Both the position numbers and the translations under genes were made by a program. This document shows positions 59,212 to 64,000 of a stretch of DNA of 64,000 nucleotides, piece by piece. Numbering within the stretch: the first letter of the stretch is position 1; the number at the start of each line of letters is the position of its first letter. The notes under the pieces are model-generated. The model searched no databases, was not told the origin of the DNA, and worked only from the letters and a program-made list of their open reading frames with translations. The stretch spans positions 3,669-67,668 of the forward strand of contig JBLNCI010000009.1 of NCBI GenBank assembly GCA_050260515.1, written 5' to 3'. The stretch is from Gemmatimonas sp. GTDB taxonomy: Bacteria; Pseudomonadota; Alphaproteobacteria; SMXQ01.

Positions 59212-61350
59212 ATGGTGGATCTCACGGGCTTCAAGCTCACGTTCGACGACGAGTTCAACTCCTTCACGTGGTCTCCCGACGGCAGCAGCGGCTACAAGAC
59301 GACGTTCTACTTCGGCGGACGCGAGCTGTGGGGGAACGGCGATCAGCAGTACTACTCAGACCCCAGCGTCGGCGTGAATCCGTTCTCGCTCGCCAACGGC
59401 GCGCTCCACATCACCGCGGCGCCTGCCGCACCCGGCTCCAATCCCGACAACCAGCCGTACACCTCGGGGATGATCAGCACCGAGGGGATGTTCACGCAGA
59501 CCTACGGCTACTTCGAGGCGCGCATCGAGGTCGCCTCGGGGCCCGGCATGTGGTCGAGCTTCTGGATGCTGCCCGGCGACAAGAGCTGGCCGCCGGAGAT
59601 CGACGCGCTGGAAGCGTTCGGCACCACGAACCCCAACGGCGACGGCGGCGGCAATCTCGCCTACCACGGCCAGATCTCGACCAACCGCAATCTCGACGGC
59701 GGGAGCTGGGCGGCGGTCAACGGCGATATCCACACCGAGTATCACACCTACGGCGTTGACTGGGAGCCGGACGTCATCCGCTGGTACATCGACGGCCAGC
59801 TCCTCGGCGAGAACCAGAAGGGCACCGTCGCGACGCCCGCGACCACCGATGTGCCGATGTACATGCTCGCCACTCTCGCCGTCGGCGGATGGGCAGGGCC
59901 GAACGCCGGCGAGACGTCGGTGATGGGGATCGACTACATCCGCGCCTACTCGAAGGACCCCAACGCGCACGCCGTCGCCTTGCAGACGATCTCGTCCCCG
60001 GACGGCGTCGACACCACGCCGATCGGCGCCACCGACGCGAACGGCGTCATCGGGAGCGGCGGCGGCAATCCGCCGCCACCGCCGCCGAACAATCCGCCGC
60101 CCACCGGCGGCACTGGCGTCTCGGTCCGCGTCTCGGAGGACGCGTGGACCGGCGACGCGCAGTTCGTCGTCAAGGTGGACGGCGTGCAGGTCGGCGGCAC
60201 CCAGACGGCGACGGCGTCGCACGGTGCCGGCCAATGGCAGGACATCGCGCTGGCCGGCACCTTCCCGACCGGCCCGCACGCCATCGACATCACCTTCCTC
60301 AACGACGGCTGGGGCGGCAGCGCGGCGACCGACCGCAATCTCTACGTGCAGTCGGTGACCATCAACGGCGACACGCTCGACTGGCACACGGCGCAGAACG
60401 GCGCCGCCAACGGCATGACCGCGCCCGACGGGGCCATCCTCGCCGTCAACGGCACGATCCACTTCAGCGATCCGGGCAGCGGCGGGACGACCACGCCGCC
60501 TCCCAACAATCCCCCGCCGAACAACCCGCCGCCCAGCGGCAGCGGACCGCTCACCGTGCGGGTGGCCGAGGACGCGTGGAACGGCGACGCACAGTTCACC
60601 GTCACCGTCGACGGCGCGCAGTTCGGCGGCGTGCAGACCGCCACGGGGTCTCACGCGGCCGGAGGCTGGCAGGACATCTCGATCGCCGGCACGCTCTCGA
60701 CCGGCCCGCACACCGTCGCCATCAACTTCCTCAACGACGGTTGGGGCGGGACGGCGGCGACGGACCGCAATCTCTACGTCCAGACGCTGACGGTGAACGG
60801 CGAGGTGCTGTCCTACACCACGGCGCAGAACGACGCGTCGAACGGCATGAGCGCGCCCGACGGGGCTATCATGGCGATCAACGGCGCGATGACGTTCCAT
60901 GCCGCGGGCACCGGCGGCACACCGACGCCGCCGCCGGGCGGCACGGTCGGGCCGTCGACCATCGTCCTCCACGTCGCCGAGGACGCGTGGAACGGCGATG
61001 CCCAGTTCAACGTCCTCGTCGACGGCGTCCAGGTCGGCGGCACCCGGACCGCGACCGCGTCGCACGCCGCCCACGGGGTGCAGGACATCACGCTCAGCGG
61101 CGACTTCGGCGCGCAGGGGCCCGGAAAGGTCGATGTCGTCTTCCTCAACGACGCCTGGGGCGGGACGGCGGCGACCGACCGGAACCTCTATGTCTACTCG
61201 ATCGACGTGAACGGGCACTCGTTCGCCGGAACGTCGGCCGCCAACAACGCGGCGAACGGCATGTCGGCGCCGGATGCGGCGATCATGGCGATCGACGGCA
61301 CGCTCGACTTCAACATCAACCACACCGCCCCGCCGGCGATCATCGGCTGA
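59212..61350 (+). CDS. GH16-family beta-glycanase with three CBM-like repeats (tandem paralogue of 56875..58926)
   Basis: ORF 59164..61350(+). Start at ATG 59212 by analogy with the paralogue (MVDLTGFKLTFDDEFNSF...). GH16 motif WPPEIDALEAFG. Linkers NPPPPPPNNPPP / PPPNNPPPNNPPPSG, same three-repeat architecture and FNINHTAPPAIIG tail. Confidence 0.8.
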   Translation: MVDLTGFKLTFDDEFNSFTWSPDGSSGYKTTFYFGGRELWGNGDQQYYSDPSVGVNPFSLANGALHITAAPAAPGSNPDNQPYTSGMISTEGMFTQTYGYFEARIEVASGPGMWSSFWMLPGDKSWPPEIDALEAFGTTNPNGDGGGNLAYHGQISTNRNLDGGSWAAVNGDIHTEYHTYGVDWEPDVIRWYIDGQLLGENQKGTVATPATTDVPMYMLATLAVGGWAGPNAGETSVMGIDYIRAYSKDPNAHAVALQTISSPDGVDTTPIGATDANGVIGSGGGNPPPPPPNNPPPTGGTGVSVRVSEDAWTGDAQFVVKVDGVQVGGTQTATASHGAGQWQDIALAGTFPTGPHAIDITFLNDGWGGSAATDRNLYVQSVTINGDTLDWHTAQNGAANGMTAPDGAILAVNGTIHFSDPGSGGTTTPPPNNPPPNNPPPSGSGPLTVRVAEDAWNGDAQFTVTVDGAQFGGVQTATGSHAAGGWQDISIAGTLSTGPHTVAINFLNDGWGGTAATDRNLYVQTLTVNGEVLSYTTAQNDASNGMSAPDGAIMAINGAMTFHAAGTGGTPTPPPGGTVGPSTIVLHVAEDAWNGDAQFNVLVDGVQVGGTRTATASHAAHGVQDITLSGDFGAQGPGKVDVVFLNDAWGGTAATDRNLYVYSIDVNGHSFAGTSAANNAANGMSAPDAAIMAIDGTLDFNINHTAPPAIIG

Positions 61351-61482
61351 TGTGACACACCGGGGGCCCTGCGCGGGCTCCCGGTTGCGTCCGCCGGGCG
61401 TTCCCGGTCGTTTACAGCGACCCGCCAATCCCGCATCCTTGCGCCCCCGGGTTCACCGGAGACAGCAGGGCAGGGACTTACA

Positions 61483-62517
61483 GTGAGCAGGACCTTCGTC
61501 GCCGCGCTCGCGGCGTTGACGTCGACCATGGCGCTTCCGGCGGCGGCCGCCGACGCCGTCGAGACCTTCTTCAACGGCCGCGAGATCCGGCTCGTCGTCG
61601 GCACCGGCAGCGGCGGCGGTTACGACGCCTATGCCCGGCTCGTCGCGCGGTTCATGGGCAAGTACGTGCCCGGCACTCCGACCATCGTCGTCCAGAACAT
61701 GCCCGGCGCGTCCGGCATCAAGGCGGTGAACTTCCTCTATTCCGTCGCGCCGAAGGACGGCACCGCGCTCGCGACCTTCAACAACTCGATGCCGGTATAT
61801 CAGGCGATCGGACAGACGGGCGTCCAGTTCAAGACCGAGTCGCTGTCGTGGGTCGGCGCGATGAGCAAGTTCGTCAATGTCGTGGCCGTGTGGCACACGA
61901 CCGGCGTGAAGACCATCGAGGACGCCAAGCGCATCGAGGTGGTGATCGGGGCGACCGGCGGCGGCGGCACGATTGCCGGCTATCCGACGCTCCTCAACTC
62001 GACGCTCGGCACGAAATTCAAGGTGGTGACCGGCTACGAGGGCGGCAACGCCATCAATCTCGCGCTCGAGCGCGGCGAGGTGCAGGGGCGCGGTAACCTG
62101 TCGTGGTCGTCGATCCAGACCGGCCATCCCGACTGGTACCGCGACAGGAAGATCGTCCCGATCGTGCAGATCGGATCGCAGAAGGAGCCCGATCTCCAGG
62201 ACGTCCCGCTGCTGACCGAGCTCGCGGGCAACGACGAGCAGCGTCAGATGTTCGAGTTCGTCTCGGCGGTGAACGCGATGGAGCGCCCGTTCGCCGGCCC
62301 GCCCGCGCTGCCCAAGGACCGTCTCGAGGCGCTGCGCCGCGCGTTCGACCGCACCGCGAAGGACGCCGACTTCCTCGCCGCGGCGGCGAAGCAGGACCTG
62401 CCGATCGACGCGAGCCCCGGCGAGGACATTGAGAAGATCGTCGCCCGCATCGTCGCTACGCCGCCCGCGATCGTCGAGAAGACCAAGCAGGCGATGGGCG
62501 GCAAGGGGCTGGACTGA
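61483..62517 (+). CDS. Bug/TctC-family periplasmic solute-binding protein (third copy)
   Basis: ORF 61483..62517(+), GTG start, 344 aa (GSGGGYDAYARLVARFMGKY, VVQNMPGASG). Confidence 0.85.
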   Translation: MSRTFVAALAALTSTMALPAAAADAVETFFNGREIRLVVGTGSGGGYDAYARLVARFMGKYVPGTPTIVVQNMPGASGIKAVNFLYSVAPKDGTALATFNNSMPVYQAIGQTGVQFKTESLSWVGAMSKFVNVVAVWHTTGVKTIEDAKRIEVVIGATGGGGTIAGYPTLLNSTLGTKFKVVTGYEGGNAINLALERGEVQGRGNLSWSSIQTGHPDWYRDRKIVPIVQIGSQKEPDLQDVPLLTELAGNDEQRQMFEFVSAVNAMERPFAGPPALPKDRLEALRRAFDRTAKDADFLAAAAKQDLPIDASPGEDIEKIVARIVATPPAIVEKTKQAMGGKGLD

Positions 62518-62628
62518 GTCGGCGTCGGCGGCGTCTGTCGATTTCAGTCCGCTTTCGCGCACCAGGTCCGCCACGTGTGGAAGCTGAGGGCGAGCCGCTC
62601 TGCACCAGCGTTTTCGCCCTGTGCAAAA

Positions 62629-62695
62629 CTGTCCCAACTGTCCCAGGTGTCCCAAATGGCCAGTGTGGGACAGTGGGACACTTGGGGGTTTTTGG
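62629..62695 (+). terminator. GTCCCA/TGGGAC repeat hairpin followed by GGGGGTTTTTGG, putative intrinsic terminator for the upstream + gene
   Basis: ctGTCCCAactGTCCCAggtGTCCCAaatggccagtgTGGGACAgTGGGACACttgggggtttttgg. GTGTCCCA pairs with TGGGACAC, then a T-run. Confidence 0.5.
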
Positions 62696-62712
62696 CGGAA
62701 GTCCGCGGGATT

Positions 62713-62758
62713 CGCTGTCCCACAGCGGCGCCCGGTCGCGGATGGCGGTGGGACAGCG
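62713..62758 (-). terminator. perfect 11-bp inverted repeat (CGCTGTCCCAC...GTGGGACAGCG), 5 bp after the stop of the minus-strand methyltransferase gene
   Basis: cgctgtcccacagcggcgcccggtcgcggatggcggtgggacagcg, a GC-rich stem with no clear U-run; possible terminator or regulatory hairpin. Confidence 0.4.
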
Positions 62759-62762
62759 TCCG

Positions 62763-63254
62763 TCAGACGACGTAGGGGATCCAGCGCTTCACCCGCGCCT
62801 TGTAGGCACGGTACTCGGCGCCGAAGCGCGCTTCGAGCTTGCGCTCGTCGTCGAGCACGCGGCGATGGAACCACGGAATGTTCACCAGCAGGATCGCCAG
62901 CGCGAGCCACGACTCGAAGGTGATCGCGAGGCCGAGCATGAAGATGAGGTGGCCCAGGTACATCGGGTTGCGCGTGAAGCGGTAGGGGCCGTGGTCGACG
63001 ATGCGATCGGGCTGGGCCTGGAAGCCGGGGCCGCCGCCGCCATGGCTGCCGCGATAGTCGCGGATCAGGCGGTATTCGCCGTAGCCCCAGATCAGCAGCA
63101 GGACGCCCCACGGGTTGAAGGCGAGATGTCCGCCCCGCACCGCGAGCTCGAACAGGACGACCACGATGGGGTAGAGCGCGAAGCTCCGCTTCGGCGTGCT
63201 CTTGAGCCAGTCCGCCACTGTCTGCCGCAAATCTGCCTGCCGTACATCGCTCAT
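62763..63254 (-). CDS. isoprenylcysteine carboxyl methyltransferase (ICMT)/phospholipid methyltransferase-family membrane protein
   Basis: ORF 62763..63254(-), 163 aa, 4 TM, conserved C-terminal SAM-binding region (RFTRNPMYLGHLIFMLG...EERKLEARFGAEYRAYKARVKRWIP). Confidence 0.75.
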   Translation of the reverse strand: MSDVRQADLRQTVADWLKSTPKRSFALYPIVVVLFELAVRGGHLAFNPWGVLLLIWGYGEYRLIRDYRGSHGGGGPGFQAQPDRIVDHGPYRFTRNPMYLGHLIFMLGLAITFESWLALAILLVNIPWFHRRVLDDERKLEARFGAEYRAYKARVKRWIPYVV

Positions 63255-63401
63255 ATGCGTTCCCCCGGATCATCATCGAAGTGGTGACGTTATAGGGCGT
63301 TACGGGCGCGGTGCGAAGCTTGACCGAAGGCTCCGCTCGGAACCTTGCCGCCGCCGGACGGTTGGTGCAGCAGGCAAGAATCATTCGAGAAGGAGGCCGC
63401 A

Positions 63402-64000
63402 ATGGCTGAGTACAGTCGACCGGAAGGCGCGCCGCACATGAGCCCCGTCACCCCGGCGGAGGACATGCGGACCGTGCTCATCAACAACGTGTCGTGGGGC
63501 GCGGTGCTCGCTGGCGTGGTGTTCTCGCTGGTGGTCCAACTGCTGTTGAACATGCTCGGTATCGGCATCGGCGCCGCGACCATCCATCCCATGGAGGGCA
63601 ATAGCCCGGACGCGTCGAGCTTCTCGATGGGCGCCGGCATCTGGTGGGTGGTGTCGGGCATCATCGCCGCGTTCGCCGGCGGCATCGTCGCCGGGCGGCT
63701 GTCGGGCCGGCCCAAGGAGTCGACCACCGGGTGGCACGGCGTCACCGCGTGGGCGCTCACCACGCTCGTGGTGTTCTGGCTGCTGACGACGGCGGTCGGC
63801 AGCATCGTCGGCGGCGGCCTCAACGTGCTGGGCTCGATCACCGGCGGCATCGGCAAGACCGTCGGCCAGGCGGCCCAGACCGCGGCGCCGATGGTGGCGC
63901 AGAACCCCGATCCGTTCAGCGGCATCGCCAACCAGATCCAGGCGCAGACCGGCGGCAGCGATCCGCAGGCCATGCGCGACGCGGCGACCGCGGCGGTCAA
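63402..64000 (+). CDS. hypothetical membrane protein, 3' end beyond the window
   Basis: Strong SD (gagaaGGAGGccgcaATG) before ATG 63402. My translation gives MAEYSRPEGAPHMSPVTPAEDMRTVLINNVSWGAVLAGVVFSLVVQLLLNMLGIGIGAATIHP..., with several Gly-rich TM helices. Absent from the ORF track because it runs off the window. Confidence 0.6.
   Translation, partial: MAEYSRPEGAPHMSPVTPAEDMRTVLINNVSWGAVLAGVVFSLVVQLLLNMLGIGIGAATIHPMEGNSPDASSFSMGAGIWWVVSGIIAAFAGGIVAGRLSGRPKESTTGWHGVTAWALTTLVVFWLLTTAVGSIVGGGLNVLGSITGGIGKTVGQAAQTAAPMVAQNPDPFSGIANQIQAQTGGSDPQAMRDAATAAV

Noticed and set aside
63290-64000. 236-aa minus-strand ORF at the right edge
   Set aside because: No start context and a low-complexity Ala/Pro-rich translation. 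The + strand carries a gene with a perfect Shine-Dalgarno (GGAGG) and a coherent TM-helix pattern (63402..64000).

Overview
High-GC (~65-70%) alphaproteobacterial chromosome segment, Bradyrhizobium/Nitrobacteraceae-like. I call about 60 CDS and one tRNA-Ser(CGA); there is no rRNA, CRISPR array or recognisable mobile element. Many antisense or out-of-frame ORFs in the six-frame track are GC-frame artefacts and were discarded. Layout, left to right: (1) a conserved minus-strand housekeeping run rplU-rpmA-obg-proB-proA-nadD-rsfS-rlmH / gpmI-envC-ctpA-yibQ-rppH. (2) A translationally coupled glycan/lipid-modification operon: GT2 polyprenyl-phosphate glycosyltransferase, AsnB-type amidotransferase, GtrA flippase-like protein and a polytopic membrane protein. 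(3) An oxidoreductase, a LivK-like SBP, tRNA-Ser(CGA) and a cluster of small membrane or secreted proteins. (4) A malonate locus: GntR regulator (MatR-like), an in-frame fused malonyl-CoA decarboxylase-malonyl-CoA synthetase ORF (973 aa), a TRAP transporter and a hotdog thioesterase. (5) A roughly 14.6 kb tightly coupled supra-operon: NMT1-type ABC transporter, 'PQQ-dependent catabolism-associated' ABC/beta-propeller set, lanthanide-type XoxF methanol dehydrogenase, XoxJ, cytochrome c, then a complete caa3-type cytochrome c oxidase operon (CoxB-cyt c fusion, CtaD, CtaE, subunit IV-like, CtaG) and a c-type cytochrome. (6) Two tandem IclR regulators divergent from a TauD/TfdA dioxygenase, a cysteine-dioxygenase-like cupin, two Bug/TctC SBPs, two class II aldolases and an AspH-like hydroxylase. 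(7) A carbohydrate locus: GH13 alpha-glucosidase, TreZ-like GH13, and two tandem paralogous GH16 glycanases, each with three ~130-aa CBM-like repeats, no Sec signal peptide and duplicated AT-rich upstream boxes. (8) A third Bug SBP, a GTCCCA-repeat and dual-hairpin terminator region, an ICMT-family methyltransferase and a 3'-truncated membrane protein. Most worth a second look: the GH16 tandem pair, the MatA-MatB fusion, the xoxF-caa3 coupling, the Gtr-like operon with an amidotransferase, and a nadD whose conserved N-terminus lies upstream of any ATG/GTG/TTG.
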